Origin: Meiothermus sp.
Lineage (GTDB): Bacteria; Deinococcota; Deinococci; Deinococcales; Thermaceae
Reading direction: 5' to 3'
DNA length: 64,000 nucleotides
Assembly: GCA_033762915.1 (NCBI GenBank)
Contig: JANRLD010000015.1
Coordinates: 1 to 64,000, forward strand
Under the pieces are notes generated by a model. That model was given only the letters and a program-made list of their open reading frames with translations, was not told the DNA's origin and did not search any database. This document shows positions 29,391-39,789 of this stretch, in pieces. The position numbers and the translations under genes are program-made. Each line of letters begins with the position of its first letter. The first letter of the stretch is position 1.

Positions 29391-30755
29391 TCAGTTCAGC
29401 ATCCGACTTCCGCCCATCAGTCCTTTGGCCCGCTCGGCGTAGCTGCGCAGGGTCTGGTTCCACTCGTCGGCCTCGTGAAGGTAGGGCAGCACCGTCTCGA
29501 CCCGGAAGACGATCTCCTCGGGGCGGCGGAAACCCAGCTGCACCAGCGCGTCCACGGTCATCTGTTGGGCGGTTACCCAGTCCCGGCTGCCTTCCGCAGA
29601 AGACTCCGCCGCCAGCGCGTAGTGCTCCAGGGCCTCCTCGAGGTGCATGAGGTCGTAGGCCAGGTTGCCCAGGATCAGGTTGCCCGCCCCCGCTGCGCCT
29701 GCATTCACGGCCTCTCGGGCGGCGTTGCGGGCCTCCTCGGGCTGGCCCAGCCGGTAGAGGGCCTCGGCAAGGTCGCCCCAGGCCTCGCCCAGGTATCCAT
29801 ACTCCTCGTCGCGCAGCACCTCGCGCAGCACGGTGGTGGCCTCGACCAGCTCACCCGCCTCCAGCAGCGCCACCGACAACTCGTGAAGGGCATAAGTGCG
29901 GTCGGGCTCATCAGCCCGTTGGACCGCCTCGCGGAAGGCCGCGATGGCCTCCTGGGCCTGACCGAGTTGCATCAGGGCCTGGCCCTGCACCAGCGGCGTG
30001 CCGTGGGCAGCCTCGGCCCCCTGGCGCTCCTGCTCGAGCGAGGTCTGGATAGCTTCCAGGGCCAGGCTGGGGTTGCCCAGCAGCAGCTGGGCCCTGGCGA
30101 CCAGGTAGTAGCGCGTAGCCGCGTCCTCGGGGTCTTCGGCCTCGAGCACGGCACTCTGCGCGAAGTTCAAGGCCTCGAGGGCCTGCTTGCCCTCGCCCGC
30201 CTCGACGTACATGGCGGCGGCGTCGATCAGGTTCCAGTAGCGCTCGAGGCCGGTGGCGTGCTGGGCGGCGTCGCGGTAGGCGTCGGCGGCCTGCTGGGCC
30301 TGGCCCATTCGCTCGTAGGCCTTGCCCCGGAGCGTGTCGGCCCGCCAGGCCAGGAAGGCGGGCAGCTCGAGCTGGTGCCCCAGGATGTCAAGCGCTTCCT
30401 CAGGCTGGCCCAGATACATCAGCGCCTGGGCCTGGTGGTAGAGGGCGCGGGGGTCTTGGGCGTTGGGCAGAATCTGTCGGACTTCCTCCTCCGAGGCCCC
30501 CTCCAGCGCCTTCAGCTCGCCCAGAATTGCCCGGTAGCGCGGGTGAGCCTCGAGGCTGGGAATGGTGTTTTGCCCCTCCTCCAGCGCACGGTGTGCGCCC
30601 TCGAGGCCCCCCTCACCGTACAGCGAGTAGGCCTCGGCCAGCAGTAGCGCGGCCTCCTCGGCCTCGCGCCCCTGCGCGAACGTCATCGTCCGAACCAGCA
30701 GCTCGAAGGCGCTGTCGTAGTCCCCTTTATGCAGTGCTGCTTCGACGGCCTTCAT
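29391..30755 (-). CDS. Tetratricopeptide repeat protein
   Basis: Repeated Ala/Leu/Tyr helical TPR patterns; start at TATGAT-N7-ATG. Confidence 0.85.
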   Translation of the reverse strand: MKAVEAALHKGDYDSAFELLVRTMTFAQGREAEEAALLLAEAYSLYGEGGLEGAHRALEEGQNTIPSLEAHPRYRAILGELKALEGASEEEVRQILPNAQDPRALYHQAQALMYLGQPEEALDILGHQLELPAFLAWRADTLRGKAYERMGQAQQAADAYRDAAQHATGLERYWNLIDAAAMYVEAGEGKQALEALNFAQSAVLEAEDPEDAATRYYLVARAQLLLGNPSLALEAIQTSLEQERQGAEAAHGTPLVQGQALMQLGQAQEAIAAFREAVQRADEPDRTYALHELSVALLEAGELVEATTVLREVLRDEEYGYLGEAWGDLAEALYRLGQPEEARNAAREAVNAGAAGAGNLILGNLAYDLMHLEEALEHYALAAESSAEGSRDWVTAQQMTVDALVQLGFRRPEEIVFRVETVLPYLHEADEWNQTLRSYAERAKGLMGGSRMLN

Positions 30756-31067
30756 CACTCCCATCATAAAGGAGCGGGGCTTATGGTGTGGGGTGATGGG
30801 GGTGAGGACGGGGCGGCAACACCGACAGGTAGAAACGTCAGAGAGGCCCAGACGAACAGAGGCAACGAAAAGTCGAGGGCGACCCCCACTCGAGTTGCAA
30901 TGCCCTCTGCTGTTCTTTACGTTACCTGCTGCCCTCAACCCCCTATTGCCTCTTGGCATGGTGGGGTTGTATCAACAAGTCAAGGGCCCAAAGGGCAAAA
31001 CCGAAGAATTGGCCCACCTTGTGCGTCTAGCTTTCAGGCGTGGCCCGATCAATTGCCTTGCTGAGCG

Positions 31068-31718
31068 CTACTTCTTCAAACTCACCAACTCGGTCGTGAT
31101 GTTCTCCGCCACGCTCTTGACCACCCCTACGCCCGAGGCGTACCAACTGGTGGAGTTGATGGTTTGGGCGGGCATAGGGCGGTTCTGGCCTGCGACGCTC
31201 ATGGACATCTTCATGGTCATGGTGCTTTGCACCTTGAAGGCCGTGAAGGTTCCGGCGGGCACCTTCACGCTCTCCCGTCCCACCACCTTGTTGCTCACCT
31301 GAACATCCGAGGTCATGGTGCCCTGGCCCTCGGGCAGCTTGGCCCGCATGGTGTAGGCGAACGTCCAGGCGCTGCCAATCGCCAGGCTGCGCGGCACCTG
31401 AACGCCCCGGACGTTCACGGTCTCCATCTCGATCTGGCTGGCCGCTCCGCTGAAGCTGGCCCCGTTCTGCTCGAGCGCTACCACCCCACCCGCCTCGCAG
31501 CGCCACTTGGCCCGCACGGTCCCGCCCGAGAGCGCAATCACATTGGTGAATCCGCTGGCGGTCACGTTGGTGTGGGTCTGGGTGTAGGTCTGGTTGTCCA
31601 CGCTCGAGCGGTAGGTCCACACCCAGCCCTGCTGTACCGGGAAGTAGGCGCTGCCGCAGTTCGCCAGGGCCGTTCCCGCCAACGCCAGCGCCGCCAAAAC
31701 TCCGAAAAAGGGTCTCAT
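31068..31718 (-). CDS. Secreted hypothetical protein (DUF3108-like beta-rich fold)
   Basis: Signal peptide ending ALA; YFP..G..WTY, ESVKVPAGTF, WYASGVGVVK. Confidence 0.8.
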   Translation of the reverse strand: MRPFFGVLAALALAGTALANCGSAYFPVQQGWVWTYRSSVDNQTYTQTHTNVTASGFTNVIALSGGTVRAKWRCEAGGVVALEQNGASFSGAASQIEMETVNVRGVQVPRSLAIGSAWTFAYTMRAKLPEGQGTMTSDVQVSNKVVGRESVKVPAGTFTAFKVQSTMTMKMSMSVAGQNRPMPAQTINSTSWYASGVGVVKSVAENITTELVSLKK

Positions 31719-31818
31719 GCGCTAAGGGTAGCGCTTCAGGCGTTATAAAAGCGTTATTGTCATATGACGCTTTCTCGGCCGCCTGCCGCAGATACGATAG
31801 ACAAGCAGTTGAAAAAAG

Positions 31819-31833
31819 TTATACTAAGTACAA
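31819..31833. promoter_or_regulatory. Candidate FadR (TetR-family) operator overlapping the -10 box
   Basis: TTATACTAAGTACAA fits the Thermus FadR consensus TTRNACYNRGTNYAA (recalled); promoter TAGACA-16-TATACT; precedes beta-oxidation genes. Confidence 0.65.
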
Positions 31834-31930
31834 GAAAGCTCTGGAGGAGGTGAACCAAGGCCGACCGCTCATCGCCGATAGCCCATAGCAACACGGTATG
31901 TGCTGTCGGGCGTGCGCTGTCCGTAGCTCT

Positions 31931-33076
<1,146 letters not shown>

Positions 33077-33212
33077 CTCGAGCTAAAGTTTATGTTTGTG
33101 TACCGCGCCCAGGGCTGGGGCCAGATCCCTCCGCCCTTCGGGCACCACCGCAGCAAAGGGGCGGGGATGCCGGCGGGCTGGCCCCTGAGCGGCGGGGGAT
33201 TTAGGAGGCAGC

Positions 33213-33959
33213 ATGAAGTTTGTGGCAGTGATACGGCAGGTACCCGACAACGAGTCGCGCCTCAAGATTGAGGGCGGTAAGGTCAACCTCGAGGGCACCA
33301 CCCTGATCCTTGACGGCATGGACGAGTGGGCCGTTGAGGAGGTCATCCGCCAGCAGGAGAAGCACGGCGGCGAGAGCCTGGTGGTCGCCCTCGGTCCCGA
33401 TCGTTTCGAGGAGGCCGTGCGCACCGCGCTGGCGATGGGGATTGACCGGGCCGTGCACCTGGTGGCCCCCGGCTACCTCGACCCCGTGACCCAGGCCGAG
33501 GCTCTGGCCGAGGCCCTGCGGGCCGAGGCGCCCACCCTGATATTCACCGGCGGTCAGCAGGCTGACTGGGATAGCCAGGGGCTGGGCCCTGCGGTGGCCG
33601 AGGCGTTGGGCTGGCCGGTGGTGAGCTGGACGACCAGCCTCGAGGTGGAGTCCGAGGCCAGCGCCAAGGCCCGACACGACCTCGACGAGGGGGCCGAGGT
33701 GGTGCGGGTGGCCCTGCCCGCCGTGTTCACCAGCCAGCAGGGCCTCAACGAGCCCCGCTACCCCACCCTGCCGGGCATCATGAAGGCCAAGCGCAAAGAG
33801 CTGAAGAAGGTGTCGCTCGAGGCTGCCAGCAAGGTCGAAATCTCCGAGCAGACCATCCAGGAGCGCTCGAGGCTTAACCGGGTGCTCGACGGCAAGGACC
33901 CCGTGGCCGCCGCCAACGAGCTGGTGCGGCTGCTGCACGAAGAAGCCAAAGTTATCTGA
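33213..33959 (+). CDS. etfB: Electron transfer flavoprotein beta subunit
   Basis: RQVPD, ALAMGID, GGQQADWDS, LNEPRYPTLPGIMKAKRK. Confidence 0.93.
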   Translation: MKFVAVIRQVPDNESRLKIEGGKVNLEGTTLILDGMDEWAVEEVIRQQEKHGGESLVVALGPDRFEEAVRTALAMGIDRAVHLVAPGYLDPVTQAEALAEALRAEAPTLIFTGGQQADWDSQGLGPAVAEALGWPVVSWTTSLEVESEASAKARHDLDEGAEVVRVALPAVFTSQQGLNEPRYPTLPGIMKAKRKELKKVSLEAASKVEISEQTIQERSRLNRVLDGKDPVAAANELVRLLHEEAKVI

Positions 33960-34047
33960 CCTCGGGGGGTTGGGGCCGGACGTGCTGGGCCATGCCCAGA
34001 AGACCTACCGCCCCTGGGCCTCGACCTACCAGCAGTTGGAGGTGTGC

Positions 34048-34986
34048 ATGATTTTAGTAGTCCTTGACCACGACGGCCAGCGCCTCAGGAAGGGCGCTCT
34101 GGAGTCTATTAGCCGCGCCCGCCAGATGAGCGGGCTGGGGCCAATAGCGGGCCTCGTGATTGGTGAAAACGCCCAGAAGGTGGCCGAGGAGGCCGCGCAG
34201 TACCTCCCCAGGGTGTACGCGGCCGAGCTCGGCGGCTACACCGCCGAAAAGTGGGCCGCTGCCGCCCACGCCGCCGTGGAGAAGATCGGGGCCAGGGTGG
34301 TCATTGCCACTGGCGGCCGGCAAAGCCGCACCTGGACCGCCCGTCTGGCCTACCGCATGAAGGCCGGGCTGATGGAAGACACCCTCGAGACCTCCGCCGA
34401 CGGCCAGACCGTGAGCGGCACCCGCTACAGCTTCCTCAACCGCGTGACCGAGAAGCAGAAGGCCGCCCTGCCGGTGGTACTGACCGCCAAGCCCAACACC
34501 ACCCCCACCGCCGAGCCCGAAGGCAGCGGCGAAGTCGAGGTGCTGAGCGTGGACGCGCCCGGCGGCGTGGAGGTGCTCGAGCGCGTTACTGAGCAAAAGA
34601 AGGGCGTCTCGCTGGCCGAGGCCACCGTGGTCGTGACCGGTGGGCGCGGCCTGGGTAGCCCCGAGGCCTTTGCGGGCGTGGAGGAGCTTGCTGGCTCGCT
34701 GGGCGCGGCGGTCGGCGCGACCCGCGCGGTGGTGGACGCCGGTTGGCGGCCCTACGGCGAGCAGGTGGGCCAGACCGGAAAGACCGTGCAGCCTAGCGCC
34801 TACATCGCCCTGGCGGTGAGCGGCGCGGTGCAGCACCAGGCCGGCATGAACAAGAGCAAGTACATCGTGGCCGTCAACAAGGACGCCGAGGCCCCCATCT
34901 TCAAGATCGCCGACTACGGCATCGTGGGCGATGTGCATCAGGTCCTGCCTGCGCTGATCGACGCTGCGAAAAAGCTGAAGGACTGA
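34048..34986 (+). CDS. etfA: Electron transfer flavoprotein alpha subunit
   Basis: GGRGLG, GATRAVVDAGW, QVGQTGK, SGAVQHQAGM, NKDAEAPIF. Confidence 0.95.
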   Translation: MILVVLDHDGQRLRKGALESISRARQMSGLGPIAGLVIGENAQKVAEEAAQYLPRVYAAELGGYTAEKWAAAAHAAVEKIGARVVIATGGRQSRTWTARLAYRMKAGLMEDTLETSADGQTVSGTRYSFLNRVTEKQKAALPVVLTAKPNTTPTAEPEGSGEVEVLSVDAPGGVEVLERVTEQKKGVSLAEATVVVTGGRGLGSPEAFAGVEELAGSLGAAVGATRAVVDAGWRPYGEQVGQTGKTVQPSAYIALAVSGAVQHQAGMNKSKYIVAVNKDAEAPIFKIADYGIVGDVHQVLPALIDAAKKLKD

Positions 34987-35262
34987 CGGCGCGCTGCTGC
35001 GCTGCGGGCCGTACGGGCTAGTCTCGAGGGTCTGTGCGGGGTCAACGTCCCTGACATAGTCCGTTAGAGACCTGGTACCTTCAAGGCGGCGCAACCCACC
35101 GGGCCCCAGCGCACTCATCGCGTTTCCTGCCACTACTCCGCCCACGCTGCGGAGTAGTGCCCTGGGTCTGGCAAAAACCGCCATACTTAGGGTTCGTGGC
35201 ATCTGCTCTATAGCAAAAACCGCGCGCTTTGGCTCCGTTGGGAGCAGGTGTGGGACCCGCTC

Positions 35263-36066
35263 TCAGGGCCGGTGTGCGGTCATGCCGCCCATCACCCGGG
35301 CCATGATGGTGGTCCGTGCCCAGCGTGGCAGTGGGGAGAGGGCGGCCTCGAGAGCCATTGAGAGCAGCCCCGGCCGCACGGTACCCCGCCGGCCCAGTGC
35401 GGCCACAGTGCCTCGGGCGACCTCTTCTGGGCTGGCTGCGCCGCTCATCCGCATGCCGGCCCGCTCGGCGAAGCCGCTGTTAACCGGGCCGGGGGCCGAG
35501 GCCAGCACGTCCACTCCGCGCGGGGCCAGCTCACGCTGCAGCCCCTCGGCGAAAGTCTGGACGTAAGCTTTGGTGGCCGCGTAATGTGCCGCCCGCGGAA
35601 CCCCCTGGAAGCCCACCAGCGAACTCATCAGGATGATCCCGCCACGCCCCCGTGCCGCGAACCGGCCCCCGAAGGCGTGGCTTAGGGCCGCCACGGCGCG
35701 GCAGTTGACGTCCAGCATCTCCAGCTCGGTGGATAGATCGGCCGACAGGAACTCGCCCGAGGTCCCAAAGCCTGCCGCAGCGACCAGCAGGCCGGTTTCC
35801 AGGTCGGAAGTCGAACGCACCACCTGTTCAACCTCCTCGGGCCGCGAGAGGTCGGCAACCATCACCCGAACCTCGGTGCCGTAGGCCACCTTCAGCTCGG
35901 TGGCCAGCTCTTCGAGTCGCCCACGCTGGCGGGCCACCAGCACCAGCTTTAGCCCACCGGCGGCGAGTTCGACCGCGAGGGCCCGCCCGATGCCGCTCGA
36001 GGCTCCGGTCACCACGGCCCAGGGGCCGTACTTGGGACTGAGATTAGTTCTGGTGTTTTGTTTCAT
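35263..36066 (-). CDS. SDR family oxidoreductase (17beta-HSD/ketoacyl reductase-like)
   Basis: YGPWAVVTGASSGIG, YAATK; SD GGAGG. Confidence 0.9.
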   Translation of the reverse strand: MKQNTRTNLSPKYGPWAVVTGASSGIGRALAVELAAGGLKLVLVARQRGRLEELATELKVAYGTEVRVMVADLSRPEEVEQVVRSTSDLETGLLVAAAGFGTSGEFLSADLSTELEMLDVNCRAVAALSHAFGGRFAARGRGGIILMSSLVGFQGVPRAAHYAATKAYVQTFAEGLQRELAPRGVDVLASAPGPVNSGFAERAGMRMSGAASPEEVARGTVAALGRRGTVRPGLLSMALEAALSPLPRWARTTIMARVMGGMTAHRP

Positions 36067-36316
36067 CGAATCCTCCAGGTGCTTCAGTTGGTAGGGCTCA
36101 GGTGACTCTTCAGTTTTGAAAAAGCATGGGCCATGCACTGTCGCGGTTTGCCCGATGGGCTTGTGAGGCGCAGTCCACGGGTAATCCGTTGATGACCCTC
36201 TAGGTGTTGGCTGGGTCCTTGTGCGACCTGCGATCTCTTAGGCTCTTTGCCCCGGTAAGCATGTGCGCTGTTGGATGCCTTCACAACAAGACGGTGCTAT
36301 GTTTACGACTAATCCT

Positions 36317-37669
36317 CTAGGTGGTCGGGAAACACTTGCCGAAAGCCACCAGCAAACGCAGCGGCCCCTTTAGCTGAACGCGGCGGGTCAGCAGGGCTGC
36401 CACCATACTTAACTCGCCCGAGAGCACCCGCACCCAGGCGCGGCTGTCGGCGCTCACCTCGAGGTCGGCGGTGCCCAAGCAGCCCTGTTGCACCTCGATC
36501 TTTTTGTCGGCGATGCCCACCGTTAGCTCTAGTTTCTCGTCGCCGCCGAAACGGAAGTGGTACCGGGCCTTGAGTCCCTTGGACTGCTCGCGTTGAAACA
36601 GGTGGACCAGGTTTGTCGCGAAGGCCATCACACTCCCCACCCGCAGGCCATTCTTCACCCGCTTGAGCCGCTTGTGAGGAAAGCGCTTGGCGGTGTAGGC
36701 CTCGGCATCGGTGCCTGCTACCACGTAGACGGTCTCGGTCTTTTTCTGCAGGGGCCACACCTGCTGGGCCAAAAAGCCCTTTCGGTCCTCGAGAAAGGGG
36801 GCGATCACGTCCTCGCCTGCGGGGCATACCGCCATGCAGTAGGCGGCCTTATAGTTGGGTCCCCCACTGAGGCTTTGCCACATCGAGAGGGTCTCGGTAA
36901 CATCGACCTTTTTGCGGTAATCGGCCGCGCTACGGCTGTCGGCGAGCTGGTCCACCCAGTCGTGAAAGCCGGTCATAAACTCGCGGTAGTTGTGGGTGTA
37001 GCAACTGTTGAAATTAAAGTGCCCATCTGGCCCGATGGCCCCCACCGGACAGGCCGCCACGCATAGCTTGCACTCCAGACAGGGGTTGTAGTCCAGTGGC
37101 TGGTTCTCGCAGCTAATGGGTCGGTCCAACACCACCGCGCCCAAGAGGATGAAGTTGCCAAACTGGGGGTGGATCACGTTGCGGTGGATGCCCATCCTCC
37201 CCAGGCCCGCCGCCTCGGCCAGTGGCTTGAGCGAGAGGGTCCAGGGCTTGGGGAATCGGTCGGCCTCCATCGGAAAGGCCACCGGCTCGTTAAGCGCCCG
37301 CACCCCCAGCTCCTCGAGCCTACGGGCGATAAGGTGGCTGGTCTGGGTGACGTGGTCGCCGACCTGATGAAATTCGGTGTTGGCCAGGGAGCGGGCCGGC
37401 GAGCGAATCGGCTCGCGGTTCATCCGGCAAACAAACACAATCACCGACCTCGCCGCGGGGAAGGTCCACAGAACCTCTTGGCGGCTCTCGGCCAGCTCGG
37501 GGCGCTCGAGTGACACGAAGCCTACGTCGTCAGCGCCGCACTCGAGGCACAGTTGACGCAGCGCTTCGGCCTCGAGGACAGCCGGGGCTTGGGGCTGAGG
37601 GCCGCGGGAGGCCAGGCGCAGGACAGTGGGGTGCTGGGACTGGGGGGTTCGGGGCGTTCTGGGGTTCAT
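36317..37669 (-). CDS. QueG/reductive-dehalogenase-like 4Fe-4S protein fused to an SCP2 sterol-carrier domain
   Basis: GADDVG, AEAAGLG.MG...VIHPQFG, CLECKLCVAACPVGAI, YCMAVCP; C-terminal SCP2-like domain; SD GGAGGAG. Confidence 0.82.
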   Translation of the reverse strand: MNPRTPRTPQSQHPTVLRLASRGPQPQAPAVLEAEALRQLCLECGADDVGFVSLERPELAESRQEVLWTFPAARSVIVFVCRMNREPIRSPARSLANTEFHQVGDHVTQTSHLIARRLEELGVRALNEPVAFPMEADRFPKPWTLSLKPLAEAAGLGRMGIHRNVIHPQFGNFILLGAVVLDRPISCENQPLDYNPCLECKLCVAACPVGAIGPDGHFNFNSCYTHNYREFMTGFHDWVDQLADSRSAADYRKKVDVTETLSMWQSLSGGPNYKAAYCMAVCPAGEDVIAPFLEDRKGFLAQQVWPLQKKTETVYVVAGTDAEAYTAKRFPHKRLKRVKNGLRVGSVMAFATNLVHLFQREQSKGLKARYHFRFGGDEKLELTVGIADKKIEVQQGCLGTADLEVSADSRAWVRVLSGELSMVAALLTRRVQLKGPLRLLVAFGKCFPTT

Positions 37670-37684
37670 GTCTCCTCCAAGAAT

Positions 37685-37750
37685 ATGTAGAGATTGACAT
37701 ATGTAAGGATTTACATTTGTACTCCGCCTTGCATATGTAGAATCAAACAT
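37685..37750. promoter_or_regulatory. Three PadR boxes (ATGT-N8-ACAT) in the divergent promoter region
   Basis: ATGTAGAGATTGACAT 37685-37700, ATGTAAGGATTTACAT 37701-37716, ATGTAGAATCAAACAT 37735-37750. Confidence 0.8.
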
Positions 37751-38323
37751 ATGTCCGCACCCCCGACGGTGAGTGTTTTGGGTTACGCCCTGCTGGGGCT
37801 TCTGGCTCGAGGCGACCAATCCGGCTACGACCTGGCCCAAGGCCTCAAGGACCCGGTCAGTTTCTTCTGGTTCGCCCAGCACAGTCAGATTTACCCCGAG
37901 CTGGCCCGCCTCGAGGCCGCCAGGCTGGTACGCCACACCGTGGTGGCCCAGAGCGAACGCCCCGACAAGAAGGTTTACAGCCTCACGCCCGCCGGCCAAC
38001 AGGCCCTCGAGTCCTGGCTCGAGGCACCGGCCGAGGTTCCCCGGATGCGCGACGAGGTGGTGCTTAAGGCCTACTCGCTCTGGCTCACCGACCCCTATAA
38101 CGGCCTGCGCCTGATGCACGAGCACGCCGAGGCCCACGCCCACCGCCTCGCCGAGTACGAGCGCCGCCTCGAGCTGCTGCTCAAAAAAGACGACATCCAC
38201 CGCCCCGACTCGCCCTGGTTCTCGGTCTACTCGGTGCTGATGCGCGGCATCGGCTACGAGCGGAGCTACCTCGAGTGGTGCCGCTGGATGGTAGAGCGGC
38301 TCGAGGGGGCAGGGAAGAGTTGA
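37751..38323 (+). CDS. PadR family transcriptional regulator (PadR/AphA long form)
   Basis: LLGLL...SGYDL, HSQIYPELARLE, RPDKKVYSLT; leaderless TAGAAT-N7-ATG. Confidence 0.93.
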   Translation: MSAPPTVSVLGYALLGLLARGDQSGYDLAQGLKDPVSFFWFAQHSQIYPELARLEAARLVRHTVVAQSERPDKKVYSLTPAGQQALESWLEAPAEVPRMRDEVVLKAYSLWLTDPYNGLRLMHEHAEAHAHRLAEYERRLELLLKKDDIHRPDSPWFSVYSVLMRGIGYERSYLEWCRWMVERLEGAGKS

Positions 38324-38421
38324 TCTTGTGGGGTGCTGCCCCTCATGACCTACGGCTGCCCATAGATCCCGCAAGGCTCAAGCCCAAAGCCCAGCTCGAG
38401 GGTGTCCGTCCCATGCAGCGT

Positions 38422-38796
38422 TTAGCGCTGGCTGTACAGCAGTGCAATCCCGCCAATGGCCACACAAGCCAGGCCGGCCAGGTCTACCCACAGCACCGTG
38501 CGGATGTGGGAGTTGTACCCGCCCTCCAACTGGGCCAGGAGCACAAACGAGGCTACGCTGACAAAGGCCGCAATTAGGCCAATCGCATACATCGAGGGCT
38601 GAAAGGCCGAAAGAGCCAGAAAAGCACCCAACAGCCCAAACAACACGGCGCGGTGGCGCATCAGAATGGATAGGTTCGGCTCCTCGAAGCGAAGGCCGTA
38701 GAGCCGCGACAGCGGTTCACCGCCCAGCACCCCCACCAGGGGCAGCAGATGGATGAAGGCCAGAGCCAGCAGCATGGTTGAAACCAGATAGTTCAT
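38422..38796 (-). CDS. Four-TM hypothetical membrane protein
   Basis: IHLLP.VGVLG...L..LYG, LMRHRAVLFG; divergent from the MmyB-type regulator. Confidence 0.8.
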   Translation of the reverse strand: MNYLVSTMLLALAFIHLLPLVGVLGGEPLSRLYGLRFEEPNLSILMRHRAVLFGLLGAFLALSAFQPSMYAIGLIAAFVSVASFVLLAQLEGGYNSHIRTVLWVDLAGLACVAIGGIALLYSQR

Positions 38797-38829
38797 GGCT
38801 GGTCATCATGCCTTCGCTCGAGTGCAAAA

Positions 38830-38852
38830 GCCATTACCTGGGAGGTAATGGC
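38830..38852. promoter_or_regulatory. Candidate operator of the MmyB-type regulator
   Basis: Perfect palindrome GCCATTACCT-GGG-AGGTAATGGC between divergent genes. Confidence 0.7.
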
Positions 38853-38883
38853 CTGACTTCGGCTTCCCGGTATGATCGATCCC

Positions 38884-39684
38884 ATGAGCATCCCGTCCCG
38901 CTTTGGCGAGTTGCTGCGCGGGTGGCGGGTGCGGCGGCGGTTAAGTCAGCTCGAGCTGGCTGGTGAGGCGGGCATCTCCACGCGCCACCTGAGCTTTATC
39001 GAAACGGGACGCGCCCAGCCCAGCCGCGAGATGATCCTGCGGCTGAGTGGCCACCTGGAGCTGCCCTTGCGCGAGCAGAACATCCTACTAACCTCGGCGG
39101 GATTTGCGCCCGTCTTTGAGCATCGCCCGCTCGACGATCCCGCCCTCGAGGGCTATCGGGGGATGATCGAGACCGTGCTGGCCGCACACGAGCCGTATCC
39201 CGCTCTGGCGGTAGACCGGCACTGGAACCTGATAGCCCACAACCGCGTGGTTGGGCGTTTTCTGGCGCTGCTCGGCCCCGCCCAAACCCGGCCTCCCGTC
39301 AACGTGCTGCGCCTGACCTTGCACCCCGAGGGCCTCGCTCCCAGAGTGCTAAACCTGCTCGAGTGGAGGGCCCACCTGCTCGAGCGCCTGCGCCGCCAAG
39401 CCCGCACGAGTGCGGACCCGGTTTTGAATGCCCTGTACAACGAACTCAGCGCCTATCCCGTCGGCGGTCATGCCCTGAACGGCCCCCACCACCGCGACAG
39501 CACCTCGAACGTTGTGGTTCCGGTTCGCCTTACCACTGCGAGTCTAACCCTGTCTTTCTTCAGCACCACCATGGTCTTTGGAACCCCGGTGGACGTCACC
39601 ATCTCCGAGCTGGCGATAGAGTTTTTCTTTCCTGCCGACCCACAAACGGTCGAATACATGCACAGCTTGGCTCGTTCAACCTGA
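38884..39684 (+). CDS. XRE-HTH + MmyB ligand-binding transcriptional regulator
   Basis: LSQLELAGEAGISTRHLSFIETGRAQPSR; HEPYPALAVDRHWN; FGTPVDVTISELAIEFFFPAD. Confidence 0.92.
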   Translation: MSIPSRFGELLRGWRVRRRLSQLELAGEAGISTRHLSFIETGRAQPSREMILRLSGHLELPLREQNILLTSAGFAPVFEHRPLDDPALEGYRGMIETVLAAHEPYPALAVDRHWNLIAHNRVVGRFLALLGPAQTRPPVNVLRLTLHPEGLAPRVLNLLEWRAHLLERLRRQARTSADPVLNALYNELSAYPVGGHALNGPHHRDSTSNVVVPVRLTTASLTLSFFSTTMVFGTPVDVTISELAIEFFFPADPQTVEYMHSLARST

Positions 39685-39789
39685 GGTGAGGCCGGGCGTA
39701 CTTGTTCAGATACTCTCGGATTCTGCTCTAGGGGGCACTTACTCACGTCAATGTCTGAGAGCATGATTTTCTCGAGCTAGGATTGCCTT

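Noticed and set aside
37670..38374. 235-aa N-terminal extension of the Fe-S/SCP2 ORF
   Set aside because: It is the antisense of padR and crosses the operator region; a good SD precedes the ATG at 37669
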